In this document: in pieces, positions 11,071-20,543 of the stretch
Layout: every line of letters starts with the position of its first letter
Position numbering within the stretch: the stretch's first letter is position 1
Source: an uncultured Chlorobiaceae bacterium
Lineage (GTDB): Bacteria > Bacteroidota > Ignavibacteria > UBA10030 > SZUA-254
Assembly: GCA_964410105.1 (NCBI GenBank)
Contig: CAYPFY010000001.1
Span: forward strand, 20,718 to 84,717
Reading direction: 5' to 3'
Length of the DNA: 64,000 nt
Program-made: the position numbers and the translations under genes
Notes under the pieces: model-generated
Databases searched by the model: none
The model's input: only the letters and a program-made list of their open reading frames with translations
Told to the model about the DNA's origin: nothing

Positions 11071-11949
11071 TTGGACACCATCAGGCACATCCTGGCCTCG
11101 ATGAGGCCTCAGCAGTGGATCAAGAATTTTTTTCTCTTCGCAGCGCTCGTTTTTTCCGGCCACCTCTTTCACACCCCCGATATCCTTCTGACCGTGGCGG
11201 GATTTTTCTTCTTTTCCATCGCCGCGAGCAGCGTCTACCTCCTGAATGACGTCATCGACCTCGAGAGGGATAAACTCCACCCGACGAAGTCGCTGAGGCC
11301 GCTCCCGGCCGGGAAGCTTTCCCCCCGAACGGCGCTCGCCGCATCGGGATTGCTCGCCGCGCTGGGGCTCGCGGGAGCATTCTCCCTGAGGACCGAGTTC
11401 GGCGGAATCCTCACCTGCTACGTGGTTCTCAATGTCCTCTATTCCCTCAGGCTCAAGGATGTCGTCATCCTGGACGTCATGACGATCGCCGCGGGCTTTG
11501 TCCTGAGGGTTCTGGCGGGAGCCGTGCTTATCTCCGTCCCCACCTCAGAGTGGCTCATCATCTGCACCGTCCTTCTGTCTCTTTTTCTCGGGTTCAGCAA
11601 AAGGCGCCACGAGATCACAGTCCTTGAAGTCCAGGCGAATACTCACCGGACCGTGCTCCAGCATTACAGCCCGTACTTTCTCGATCAGATGATCGGGATC
11701 GTGACGGCCTCGACGGTCATGTCGTACGCTCTCTATACGATCAGCGAGGAGACCGTGAGGAAGTTCAACACCCATGACCTCATCTACACAGTCCCGTTTG
11801 TTCTTTATGGGATTTTTCGCTACCTATATCTTATCCACAAAAGAGATGAAGGCGGCAGCCCGACGCGGATAGCAATGACCGATTGGCCGCTCATCATCAA
11901 CATCATGGCGTGGATCGGCGCAACATCGTTTATCATCTATAGGAAGTAG
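11071..11949 (+). CDS. UbiA-family prenyltransferase (similar to decaprenyl-phosphate phosphoribosyltransferase)
   Basis: NDVIDLERDKLHPTKSLRPLPAGKLS Asp-rich motif. Nine predicted TM helices. A second motif around YSLRLKDVVILD. Confidence 0.8.
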   Translation: MDTIRHILASMRPQQWIKNFFLFAALVFSGHLFHTPDILLTVAGFFFFSIAASSVYLLNDVIDLERDKLHPTKSLRPLPAGKLSPRTALAASGLLAALGLAGAFSLRTEFGGILTCYVVLNVLYSLRLKDVVILDVMTIAAGFVLRVLAGAVLISVPTSEWLIICTVLLSLFLGFSKRRHEITVLEVQANTHRTVLQHYSPYFLDQMIGIVTASTVMSYALYTISEETVRKFNTHDLIYTVPFVLYGIFRYLYLIHKRDEGGSPTRIAMTDWPLIINIMAWIGATSFIIYRK

Positions 11950-11954
11950 GAAGC

Positions 11955-13064
11955 GTGAAATCGAAAGTAGCCGTCCTTAAGACTCAGCCCGACTCCGTGC
12001 TCGATGATATCCAGAGGCTCATGTCTCTGGCCGGGTGTGAATCGGAGCTCCGGAAAGGGGCGACGACGATTCTGAAGGATAATATCTCGTGGCATTTCCC
12101 CTTCCCGGCTGCGAACACGACCCCCTGGCAGATGGAAGGCACCATCCTCGCCCTCCGGAACGCCGGGTTCGATGATCTCGTCTGCGTCCAGAATAAGACC
12201 GTCGTCACGAACGCCTTCAAAGGGGAGGATCTCAACAACTATGTCCCCATATTCCGGCGTTACGGGGTTCCCGTGCTCTATAATTTCCGGGAGTCGGATA
12301 TCCGGTGGGTCGATTACCGGCCCCGCGCCCCGATGCATGTCCTAGACAAGATCTATCCGGAGGGGATTTCCATCCCCGATTATTTCCAGGGGAAGAATAT
12401 CGTTCACCTTCCCACCGTCAAGTGCCATATCTATACGACGACCACAGGGGCGATGAAGAATGCCTTCGGCGGCCTCCTCAATACGAAGCGCCATTACACG
12501 CACTCCTGGATACATAAGACGCTCGTCGACCTGCTTGCGATTCAGCGCGAGATTCACCCCGGCATCTTTGCCGTCATGGACGGGACCACGGCGGGAAACG
12601 GCCCGGGTCCGCGGACCATGTTTCCGGTCGTGAAAGACTATATCCTGGCGAGCGCCGATCAGGTGGCCATCGATGCCGTCGCGGCGAAGATGATGGGATT
12701 CGACCCGCTCTCGATCGAGTACATCAGCCTTGCCCACAGGGATCGCCTGGGAACGGGCGACGTCCGGGACATCGAGATCGTGGGCGCCGATGTGTCACGG
12801 GAGTCCTGGGGTTTCACGGTCGGGAACAACGGCGTGAGTCTATTCGGGAACCTCGCCTGGTTCGGTCCTCTGCGGGGCATGCAAAAGCTGTTCTTCCACA
12901 CCCCGATGGTGCACGCGTTTATCTTCGGTTCCGAGGCGTACCACGATTATTACCGCTGGCCGCTGAAGGACAGGAAGACTTTCGAGAGGTGGAGGGAACA
13001 GACTCACTGGGGCCAGCTCTTCCGCCAGTATGAGACCGGCGAAGTGTGGCAGGAAATCGCCTAG
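11955..13064 (+). CDS. DUF362 domain-containing protein
   Basis: GTG start after aggaag. Family resemblance (AVMDGTTAGNGPGP region). Assignment made from memory. Confidence 0.5.
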   Translation: MKSKVAVLKTQPDSVLDDIQRLMSLAGCESELRKGATTILKDNISWHFPFPAANTTPWQMEGTILALRNAGFDDLVCVQNKTVVTNAFKGEDLNNYVPIFRRYGVPVLYNFRESDIRWVDYRPRAPMHVLDKIYPEGISIPDYFQGKNIVHLPTVKCHIYTTTTGAMKNAFGGLLNTKRHYTHSWIHKTLVDLLAIQREIHPGIFAVMDGTTAGNGPGPRTMFPVVKDYILASADQVAIDAVAAKMMGFDPLSIEYISLAHRDRLGTGDVRDIEIVGADVSRESWGFTVGNNGVSLFGNLAWFGPLRGMQKLFFHTPMVHAFIFGSEAYHDYYRWPLKDRKTFERWREQTHWGQLFRQYETGEVWQEIA

Positions 13065-13975
13065 GATTGTCCGCACAGCGCCGAGCGGAGGCGTTCCTCC
13101 TGGCTATCACCGTCGTCTGGGGGAGCACATTCGTGGTTACAAAATCTCTCCTTGCCCACGAATCACCACTGTTTTATAGCGCGCTCCGGTTCCTGGTCGC
13201 CGCGCTGATCCTTCCCGCCTTTTCATTCAAAAGATTTCTCAGCATCCCCCGTTCAACCTGGCTCAAGGGTTCGATTCTCGGAGTCCTCCTCTACGCAGGA
13301 TTTGTGCTGCAGACTGTCGGACTGCTCTCGACGACTTCGTCCAAATCGGCGTTCTTCACGGGGATGCTCGTCGTTCTTACCCCCATCGTTCACTATGCCC
13401 TGCAGGGAGCCCTCAGGCTTTCCCGCCGGCCGTTGAGGATCGGCAATCTGGTCGGGGTCGCCTGCGGTGCGGCAGGCCTCTATCTCCTTACCTCGCCGGG
13501 TGAATCAGGACTGAGCACCGGCGATATGCTGACGCTTGGCTGCGCCCTTCTGTTCGCTCTCTACATCGTTTTTCTCGATTCGGCGTCGTCCGAGCCGGAT
13601 AAGCTTCAGCTGACCTTCGTGCAGTTCGTGCTGTGCGGGGTTGTGGGAATGCTCGTTGCCCTCCCCTCGGAGGATGTGAAAATCGGGGTCGCTGCTCCCG
13701 ATATCATCTCATTCCTCTATCTAACCATCTTTGCGACTATCATCGCCATGTGGGTGCAAAACAGGTTTCAGGGAGATACGACGCCGACCCGGGCTGCCGT
13801 TATCTTCACGCTCGAACCGGTCGTTGCGGCGTTTTTCGGCTATTTTGTGCGCGGCGAGATGCTTGGGCCCGCGGGGATCGCCGGGGCTGTTACGATTGTG
13901 GGTGGATTGATTCTCTCGGAGTTTTCCGAAGAGATCCCGGGGCTTCGGTACTCGGTCGGAATGGCGAACCCTTAA
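13046..13975 (+). CDS. EamA/DMT-superfamily transporter
   Basis: Ten TM helices. Duplicated EamA-like halves (VVWGSTFVVTKSLL ...). Confidence 0.8.
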   Translation: MAGNRLGLSAQRRAEAFLLAITVVWGSTFVVTKSLLAHESPLFYSALRFLVAALILPAFSFKRFLSIPRSTWLKGSILGVLLYAGFVLQTVGLLSTTSSKSAFFTGMLVVLTPIVHYALQGALRLSRRPLRIGNLVGVACGAAGLYLLTSPGESGLSTGDMLTLGCALLFALYIVFLDSASSEPDKLQLTFVQFVLCGVVGMLVALPSEDVKIGVAAPDIISFLYLTIFATIIAMWVQNRFQGDTTPTRAAVIFTLEPVVAAFFGYFVRGEMLGPAGIAGAVTIVGGLILSEFSEEIPGLRYSVGMANP

Positions 13976-14100
13976 ACTGGCCCCGGATCTTTCAGGTTGT
14001 TGCGGGCGAACTGCTCGTTTTGCGAGACAAGGCGGCGGCGAAAACTGGCAGGAGGAGGGCGGGACTTGCTAAAAATATTCAGCTTCGGATACCGGTTTCC

Positions 14101-14310
14101 TTACACACGCGGTCGCGGGCTGGGCCGCGGGAGATGTCCGATCTGCTTTTCTATTCCGTTAAGAATTCTTCTGAGAGAACCGATTTTTGATTCGCTTGCT
14201 CCCAGGCTTCGGTCGTGTTCCATAGAGTAAATGAGGTGGTTCAGATTAGCGCGGGATCGGAGCAGATAGGTGATGCGGGCGGTTTTCGGCGTGGCGGTGT
14301 CTTGCTTCAT
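14101..14310 (-). CDS. Lone small ORF (69 aa) inside the intergenic island; hypothetical
   Basis: ATG preceded by ggagaatcaatt (an RBS-like ggaga). Sequence MKQDTATPKTARITYLLRSRANLNHLIYSMEHDRSLGASESKIGSLRRILNGIEKQIGHLPRPSPRPRV. No homology recognised. Confidence 0.2.
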   Translation of the reverse strand: MKQDTATPKTARITYLLRSRANLNHLIYSMEHDRSLGASESKIGSLRRILNGIEKQIGHLPRPSPRPRV

Positions 14311-14851
14311 AATTGATTCTCCCTTTAAGCTGGGTGCCTTTCCTCCCATCGTCATGCGCCATCAGCATGAATCCTCATGAATGTAACCAATATTATTCGT
14401 TAACCGCAAGCGGGCGACAGATTAAAAAAAATTCATCCCGTGAGATTCCTACATGTCATCGACAAGCGATTTCCCGGCGGCGGTCTTGCGCGCTCTGACT
14501 ACATGGAGATATCATGGACCGATACTTTTGAGTTTCTTTTCAACTCCTTGCCTGATAATGCATTGCCATTGTCATTTCGAGCGGATCCTTTGTAGTAGCG
14601 GCTGGAGTGAAAGCGTCTTCCGGGCTAAGACCATGAGCCTGGGGATATCTTGAAGCAGGGATGAAGATACTCCGCGCCCCGCGACGGGAGATCGAATACC
14701 CTCTCCGGAAAAACCAGGTCTGAGCGCTCCCCCTCAAATTCTCTCTGCAGGGTCACCGGTTTCAATGATATGCCTCCGGGAAACGGCGACGGGAGCACTG
14801 TTTGACTTTCAACGCTTTTCATCGTATTTTCTCAGGGCAGTTGAAGCTATC

Positions 14852-15124
14852 ATGGAAGTTGGGGCTCAGATTATTGTTTCCGGTCTGGTGCAGGGGGTTG
14901 GGTTTCGATACTTTGTGTTCGGTCATGCCACCAAGCTTGGTCTGAGGGGTTTTGTGGCGAACCGGTATGATGGGAGCGTCGAAATCAATGCGGTGGGAGA
15001 GCGGTCCATCATCGAGGAACTCATCGGCCGGGTCAAAGTCGGCCCGCGGTCCTCTTCCGTTCGCAATGTGAGCATCTCCTGGAAGGAGCCGGACGAGCGA
15101 TATCACCTGTTCGAAATACGCTAA
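14852..15124 (+). CDS. acyP: Acylphosphatase
   Basis: VQGVGFRYFV...GxVxNxxDGSVEI signature. 90 aa. Confidence 0.9.
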   Translation: MEVGAQIIVSGLVQGVGFRYFVFGHATKLGLRGFVANRYDGSVEINAVGERSIIEELIGRVKVGPRSSSVRNVSISWKEPDERYHLFEIR

Positions 15125-15135
15125 TTTTTCCGTAA

Positions 15136-15630
15136 ATGGACATTCGTTTCGGTTTCGGGTATGACGTCCACCGGATGGTCACTAACCGAAAGCTCGTCCT
15201 GGGAGGGGTCGAAATACCGTTTGTCAAGGGTCTGCTGGGGCACTCGGATGCGGATGTACTCTGTCACGCACTCGCGGATGCGCTTCTGGGGGCCGCCGCC
15301 GTCGGAGACATCGGCAAACACTTTCCCGATACCGATCCGCGATTCAAAGATATCTCCAGCCTCGTTCTTCTGAAGCACGTCGGCGGATTGATCCGGTCCA
15401 ATAATTTTGAGATCATCAACGTGGACTCGACAATCCTTCTCCAGCAGCCAAAGCTTGCCGCCTACACGAAGCGGATGAGAGAAAACATCTCATCGTCCCT
15501 CGGCCTGCAATTGAACCAGGTTTCCGTCAAAGCCACAACCAACGAAGAGCTCGGCTTCATCGGCATGGGAGAGGGGGCCGCGGCCTATGCCGTCGCCTCC
15601 ATTCGCGCAATCGCGTTCACCTACGGCTGA
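15136..15630 (+). CDS. ispF: 2-C-methyl-D-erythritol 2,4-cyclodiphosphate synthase
   Basis: FGYDVHR...[38 protein letters not shown]. Confidence 0.95.
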   Translation: MDIRFGFGYDVHRMVTNRKLVLGGVEIPFVKGLLGHSDADVLCHALADALLGAAAVGDIGKHFPDTDPRFKDISSLVLLKHVGGLIRSNNFEIINVDSTILLQQPKLAAYTKRMRENISSSLGLQLNQVSVKATTNEELGFIGMGEGAAAYAVASIRAIAFTYG

Positions 15631-15635
15631 GTCCG

Positions 15636-16235
15636 TTGGGCGAAATCCTCGAGCGCATCTCGACGTTCGATCCCCTCTGGATCTCCATAACGATTTTCCT
15701 CATCGCCTTTTTGGAAAATATCTTTCCTCCCGCGCCGAGCGATGCCATCGTCCTTCTGGGAGGTGCCCTTGCAGGCATGGAGCAGGTGAGCTTCATCGCT
15801 CCTCTGGCTGCGGGAACGGCGGGAAGCACGCTGGGATTCATGACGATGTACGGGGTAGGCCGGTGGTTCGGCCAGAGGATCCTCGAGAGGGGGAAAATCT
15901 CCTGGGTCAACCTGGATGCCCTTCATAAATTTGAAAAATGGTTCGCCAGGTACGGGTTCTGGCTCATCCTTGGTAACCGGTTCCTCCCCGGGACGAGGGC
16001 CGTCATCTCATTCTTCGCCGGAGTTTCACGGACCGATTTCAGGACCACGTCGATTCTCTCGTCGCTGGGATCGCTGGCCTGGTACGGGATTCTGGTCTAC
16101 GGGGGTTATACCCTCGGCGCCCAGTGGCAGAAGGCGGGGGAGTATCTGAAAACGTACGGAGTGGCGGTGACGATCATCGTCTCGCTGGCCCTGACGTCCG
16201 TCATCCTGCGAAAAATTCTCAGGTCGCATGATTGA
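15636..16235 (+). CDS. DedA/SNARE-associated family membrane protein
   Basis: FLENIFPPAPSDAIVLLGGALAG and FLPGTRAVISFFAG motifs. Confidence 0.85.
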   Translation: MGEILERISTFDPLWISITIFLIAFLENIFPPAPSDAIVLLGGALAGMEQVSFIAPLAAGTAGSTLGFMTMYGVGRWFGQRILERGKISWVNLDALHKFEKWFARYGFWLILGNRFLPGTRAVISFFAGVSRTDFRTTSILSSLGSLAWYGILVYGGYTLGAQWQKAGEYLKTYGVAVTIIVSLALTSVILRKILRSHD

Positions 16236-16824
16236 AATTGCACAAAAAATCGACAGGGACCTCTTCATCCTGATCAATCAGACGTGGGCCAACCCCTTTT
16301 TCGATCTCGTCATGCCACCGCTCACTGATTGGAATAAGCACTGGGCCGGTCTCTCCCTGGCGGGTTTTTTGTGGATCCTTCTTTTCTGGAAGGGGGGGAG
16401 GAGGGGGAGGGTTCTTGCCCTGCTTCTTATCCCCCTCATCACGATGACGGACCAGATGACGAGCGCAATCGTCAAGCCCTTCTTCCACCGTCCGCGCCCC
16501 TGCCACGAGAACGGGACGTTCATTGAGCAGCTGAGGCTCCTCGTCCCGTGCGGGAGCGGTTATTCGTTTCCGTCGTCCCATGCCGTCAATAATTTCGCCC
16601 TTGCCACGTTTCTGGGATACTACTACCGGCGCTGGGCATGGGCCTATCTTCTCTACGCCTCCCTCATGGGCTTTTCGAGAATTGTCGTTGGGGTGCATTA
16701 CCCGCTGGATGTAGCAGCGGGAGCATTTTTCGGAATTGCGTGTGCCCTTCTCCTTATCGGCGCATGGGTGAAAGTCTCGGCGCAATTTCCCATCCTGCGG
16801 ATCGACGATGCCACGATACCGTAG
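16228..16824 (+). CDS. PAP2-family phosphatase (phosphatidic acid phosphatase / undecaprenyl-PP phosphatase-like)
   Basis: KxxxxRxRP ... PSSH ... VGVHYPLDV tripartite PAP2 motif. 8-nt overlap with dedA. Confidence 0.85.
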   Translation: MIEIAQKIDRDLFILINQTWANPFFDLVMPPLTDWNKHWAGLSLAGFLWILLFWKGGRRGRVLALLLIPLITMTDQMTSAIVKPFFHRPRPCHENGTFIEQLRLLVPCGSGYSFPSSHAVNNFALATFLGYYYRRWAWAYLLYASLMGFSRIVVGVHYPLDVAAGAFFGIACALLLIGAWVKVSAQFPILRIDDATIP

Positions 16825-18403
16825 CCTTTTCGCAATCCTCGCCGGCATCCTCCTCGGTCTCTCGTTCCCCCCGTTTTCAAGTGGGGCGTTGGCCATGGTC
16901 GCTTTTGTTCCCCTGTTTTTTGCACTGAGGGAAGAAAATTTCCGCAGCGGTTTGCGCTATTCCTATGTGTGCTTTCTCGTTTTTAATCTCATTACCCTCT
17001 ACTGGACCGGCGGATTCACGCATGGGAAAGACTTATACCTGATGGCGGCCGGGTCGCTTCTCATTCTCGCTCATCCCTTCTTCTTCCTGATTCCGATTGC
17101 CGCCTGGATCTACTTTCGCCGCCACTTCGGGATGAACCGCTCCCTGGTCGCATTCCCTTTTTTTTGGGTGACTTTTGAATACGTCCATTCGAGAACTCAG
17201 CTGAGCTTTCCCTGGATTTCACTGGGAAATACGCAGACTTATGACCTTTCGCTCATACAGTTTATCTCATGTACCGGCGCATCCGGACTCTCATTCCTGA
17301 TCCTTTGTCTGAATGTGCTTGTCTATTTCTGGATTCATCAGATCGCACACCGTGGCTGGAAGCCTCTTTCGGCAAAGAGCGTTCTTCTGCTCGGTCTTAT
17401 CGCCGCACTGTACATCCTCCCGAAATGGTATGGGGAATCGGTGATTGCGGAGAAAATTCCCCCCTCGACGACGACGGTCCGCGTCGGGGTCGTCCAGCCC
17501 AATATCGATCCTTTTGAAAAGTGGCAGGGTAATGCCGAGCGGCAGCTTTCCGAGATCCAGCAGATCACTGACCGGCTCGGCGGGACGGATCTTATCCTCT
17601 GGCCGGAAACGGCCGTCCCAGGTTATGTGCTCCATCCCTCGAACGCGGGAGTTTTTGAAAGAATAAGGAGGCAGGTCGACTCACTCTCCATAAATCTGCT
17701 CACCGGGATTCCCGACCTGGTTTATTACACCGGGAAATATCCGGAAAGCAGCAAGAAGGCCCCTAACGGGGACCGATACGACACTTTTAATAGTTCGATG
17801 CTTCTCCGCCCGAATTCCCCGCAAATTCAAAAGTATGCCAAAATTGTCCTCGTCCCGTTTGCGGAGAGGGTGCCCTTTGCAGAAGAGTTCAGCTTTCTGA
17901 ATGCGGCGAGGTGGAACTTCGGTCTGGGGGGGTGGGCGCCCGGTACCGATACCGCGTTGCTTCATTTCACAACCGGAAAAGGTTTGCAGGTAAGGTTTTC
18001 CACGATGATCTGTTATGAGTCGGTTTATCCTGAGCTGGTGGCCTCGTTCGTTCGGAAGGGAGCGGAGTTTCTTACCGTCATAACAAACGACAGCTGGTGG
18101 GGAAACACCTCGGGAGCGTATCAGCACAAACAGTTTTCCGTTCTTCGTGCGGTTGAGAACCGCCGGTGGATGGTCCAGTGCGCAAACGGCGGCATATCCT
18201 GCGTGGTGGATCCGCTCGGGATTATCAGGGATGAAACCAAAATGTTCACGCAAGCCTCGCTGATCGCCGGGGTGGAGCCGAGGCACGACCTGACATATTA
18301 TACCCTTCATGGCGACTGGCTTGGAGAACTCTGCGGGGTGATCGCATCATTCCTCCTTGCTTCCGCGGTCGGGATGAGCGTTTTTCGCCGCATGCGGACG
18401 TGA
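16808..18403 (+). CDS. lnt: Apolipoprotein N-acyltransferase
   Basis: N-terminal polytopic domain plus a CN-hydrolase domain (MICYESVYPEL, the E-K-C triad context). Confidence 0.85.
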   Translation: MPRYRSLFAILAGILLGLSFPPFSSGALAMVAFVPLFFALREENFRSGLRYSYVCFLVFNLITLYWTGGFTHGKDLYLMAAGSLLILAHPFFFLIPIAAWIYFRRHFGMNRSLVAFPFFWVTFEYVHSRTQLSFPWISLGNTQTYDLSLIQFISCTGASGLSFLILCLNVLVYFWIHQIAHRGWKPLSAKSVLLLGLIAALYILPKWYGESVIAEKIPPSTTTVRVGVVQPNIDPFEKWQGNAERQLSEIQQITDRLGGTDLILWPETAVPGYVLHPSNAGVFERIRRQVDSLSINLLTGIPDLVYYTGKYPESSKKAPNGDRYDTFNSSMLLRPNSPQIQKYAKIVLVPFAERVPFAEEFSFLNAARWNFGLGGWAPGTDTALLHFTTGKGLQVRFSTMICYESVYPELVASFVRKGAEFLTVITNDSWWGNTSGAYQHKQFSVLRAVENRRWMVQCANGGISCVVDPLGIIRDETKMFTQASLIAGVEPRHDLTYYTLHGDWLGELCGVIASFLLASAVGMSVFRRMRT

Positions 18404-18462
18404 TTTTGATTTATGCATTAACGAGTAATATATTGAAAACTCAGGACATTAAGCTATCCGAT

Positions 18463-19494
18463 ATGAAGTTCATCGATCTGCGAAGCGACACTGTCACGAA
18501 GCCTTCGGCGGCCATGATGCGGGCTATCCTCAGCGCGGAGGTGGGGGACGACGTTTTCGGCGAGGACCCGACAGTCAACTCCCTCCAGGAGAGGGTTGCT
18601 GACCTGTTTGGTAAGGAGTCGGCCCTCTTCGTCCCGAGCGGAACCATGGGTAACGAAATATGCATAAAAGCGCATACGGAGCCGGGGAACGAGATCATCG
18701 TGGAGCAGGAATCTCACATATTCGTCTACGAGACGGCTGCTCCCTCTCTTCTCTCCGGAGTGCAGATGAACCCTGTAAGAGGGGTGCGTGGAGTAATGCC
18801 GCTTGATGCACTCAAGAATGCCATACGGCCGAAAGCCTATTACATGCCCCGGACGACCCTGATCTGCATCGAAAATACACACGGTCTTTCCGCCGGCTCC
18901 GTGTACCCCCTGGAAAGAATCAGGGAGACCCGTCAGCTGGCCCTTTCGGGGGGGATCAAGATGCATCTCGACGGAGCCCGGATCTGGAATGCCTCGATCG
19001 CCTCCGGTGTTGCGCTGACGGACTATGCCCGGAATTTCGATTCCCTTTCGGTGTGCTTCTCAAAGGGGCTCGGTGCTCCGGTTGGATCCATTGTCATCGG
19101 GGATTCAGAGTTCATCGCCCGGGCGAGGAAGTTCAGAAAGATTTTTGGCGGGGGAATGCGCCAGGCGGGCTTGCTTGCGGCCGCCGCTCATTACGCCCTC
19201 GATCATAACATTGAGAGATTGAGGGAGGACCATGAGAAGGCAAAATACTTCGCCAACGAACTCCGGACGCTGAACGATATGGGGATCAATCCGGAGGAGG
19301 TTCAGACGAACATGGTCTTTGCGGACATCACACGGTCAGGAAAATCTCAGGAGGAAGTACTCAACCTGCTGAAATCAAGGGGAATACTGCTGACTCCTGA
19401 ACGGAATACCTCGATCCGCGCGGTCATGCACCTGGACGTTTCCATGGCGGACGTCAAAGAAGCGGCAAAAACGTTCAAAACCCTCTTCAGCTGA
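18463..19494 (+). CDS. ltaE: Low-specificity L-threonine aldolase
   Basis: MKFIDLRSDTVTKPSAAMMRAI...GTMGNE.. The start is taken at the internal ATG 21 codons into the track ORF. Confidence 0.85.
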   Translation: MKFIDLRSDTVTKPSAAMMRAILSAEVGDDVFGEDPTVNSLQERVADLFGKESALFVPSGTMGNEICIKAHTEPGNEIIVEQESHIFVYETAAPSLLSGVQMNPVRGVRGVMPLDALKNAIRPKAYYMPRTTLICIENTHGLSAGSVYPLERIRETRQLALSGGIKMHLDGARIWNASIASGVALTDYARNFDSLSVCFSKGLGAPVGSIVIGDSEFIARARKFRKIFGGGMRQAGLLAAAAHYALDHNIERLREDHEKAKYFANELRTLNDMGINPEEVQTNMVFADITRSGKSQEEVLNLLKSRGILLTPERNTSIRAVMHLDVSMADVKEAAKTFKTLFS

Positions 19495-19499
19495 GCCAG

Positions 19500-19952
19500 G
19501 TGGACCGGTCCAAGTTCAAATTCTCTTCCCAAATCAGGGTTCGCAATTATGAAGTGGACTGGCAGGGGATCGTCCATAACGCTACCTATCTCCTGTACTT
19601 TGAGGTGGGACGCATTGAGTATTTGAAGAATATCAAGCTGCTCGATGTCGATTCGATAGCCGGGCGGGACTCGTACGTCTTGCTCGCCCGCAACGAAATC
19701 GATTACCGCCAGCCGGCCCGCTTTGACGAAGTGCTGACAGTGCATACGCGCATTTCATATATCAGGAACACCAGCTTCGCCTTTGAAGGATTCATCGAGT
19801 CGTCCTCAGGGAGCATCAAGGCCGAAAACGTGGCAATTCATGTCTGGGTCGACAGAAAAACGGGTACTGCCATCCGCGCGGGGGACAATTTCAGGCGAAT
19901 TGTGGGCGAATTTGAAGGGAAGGACATAGTTCTCCTCGAGAGCGACCCGTAG
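19500..19952 (+). CDS. Acyl-CoA thioesterase, hotdog fold (YbgC/4HBT family)
   Basis: VRNYEVDWQGIVHNATYLLYFEVGRIEYL. Confidence 0.8.
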   Translation: MDRSKFKFSSQIRVRNYEVDWQGIVHNATYLLYFEVGRIEYLKNIKLLDVDSIAGRDSYVLLARNEIDYRQPARFDEVLTVHTRISYIRNTSFAFEGFIESSSGSIKAENVAIHVWVDRKTGTAIRAGDNFRRIVGEFEGKDIVLLESDP

Positions 19953-20003
19953 CCCGATTTGCAATTCACCCAAACTCTTTTTATATTGCCAGTGCCCCGA
20001 TTT

Positions 20004-20036
20004 AAAGTCCCACCCTCGATGGGACTTTTTTCGTTT
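20004..20036 (+). terminator. Rho-independent terminator downstream of the thioesterase
   Basis: aaagtccca-ccctcga-tgggacttt followed by ttttttcgttt. Confidence 0.7.
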
Positions 20037-20065
20037 CAGAATCCGGCTTTTATCCCGGGTACCAT

Positions 20066-20518
20066 ATGGCAAGCGTCGATCAAATCCAGAATATCGTTTC
20101 CCCGATTGTCGAATCCAGGGGCGCATTCGTCGTGGAAATCAATATCCGGGGCACACAGAACGGAAAAGTTGTCGAGATTTTCGTCGACACGGACCGCGGG
20201 ATTACGACGGGGGAATGCGCCGATTTGAGCAACGAGATCTCCCCGACGCTCGACAGGGCGAGTCTCTTCGCTCACCGGTACCATCTTGTGGTCTCCTCCC
20301 CCGGCGTCGAGCGGCCCCTGAAGTTTGCGCGACAGTATCCCCGGAACGTCGGGAGGGCGATGATCATATCCTACCGGGACGATGGGATCGAGGGAAAAAT
20401 ACAGGGGACCCTGATCGAGGCGACTCCCTCGGAGCTGTCTCTCCGCACGGAGAAGGGAGAACTTAAAAAAATCCCCGTGGACCAGGTGCTTGAGGCTCGG
20501 GTCAAGGCCGCCTGGTGA
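20066..20518 (+). CDS. rimP: Ribosome maturation factor RimP
   Basis: Family conservation and its position immediately upstream of nusA. Confidence 0.85.
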   Translation: MASVDQIQNIVSPIVESRGAFVVEINIRGTQNGKVVEIFVDTDRGITTGECADLSNEISPTLDRASLFAHRYHLVVSSPGVERPLKFARQYPRNVGRAMIISYRDDGIEGKIQGTLIEATPSELSLRTEKGELKKIPVDQVLEARVKAAW

Positions 20519-20543
20519 AATATCTAATTTTTGAGAGGTTAGG

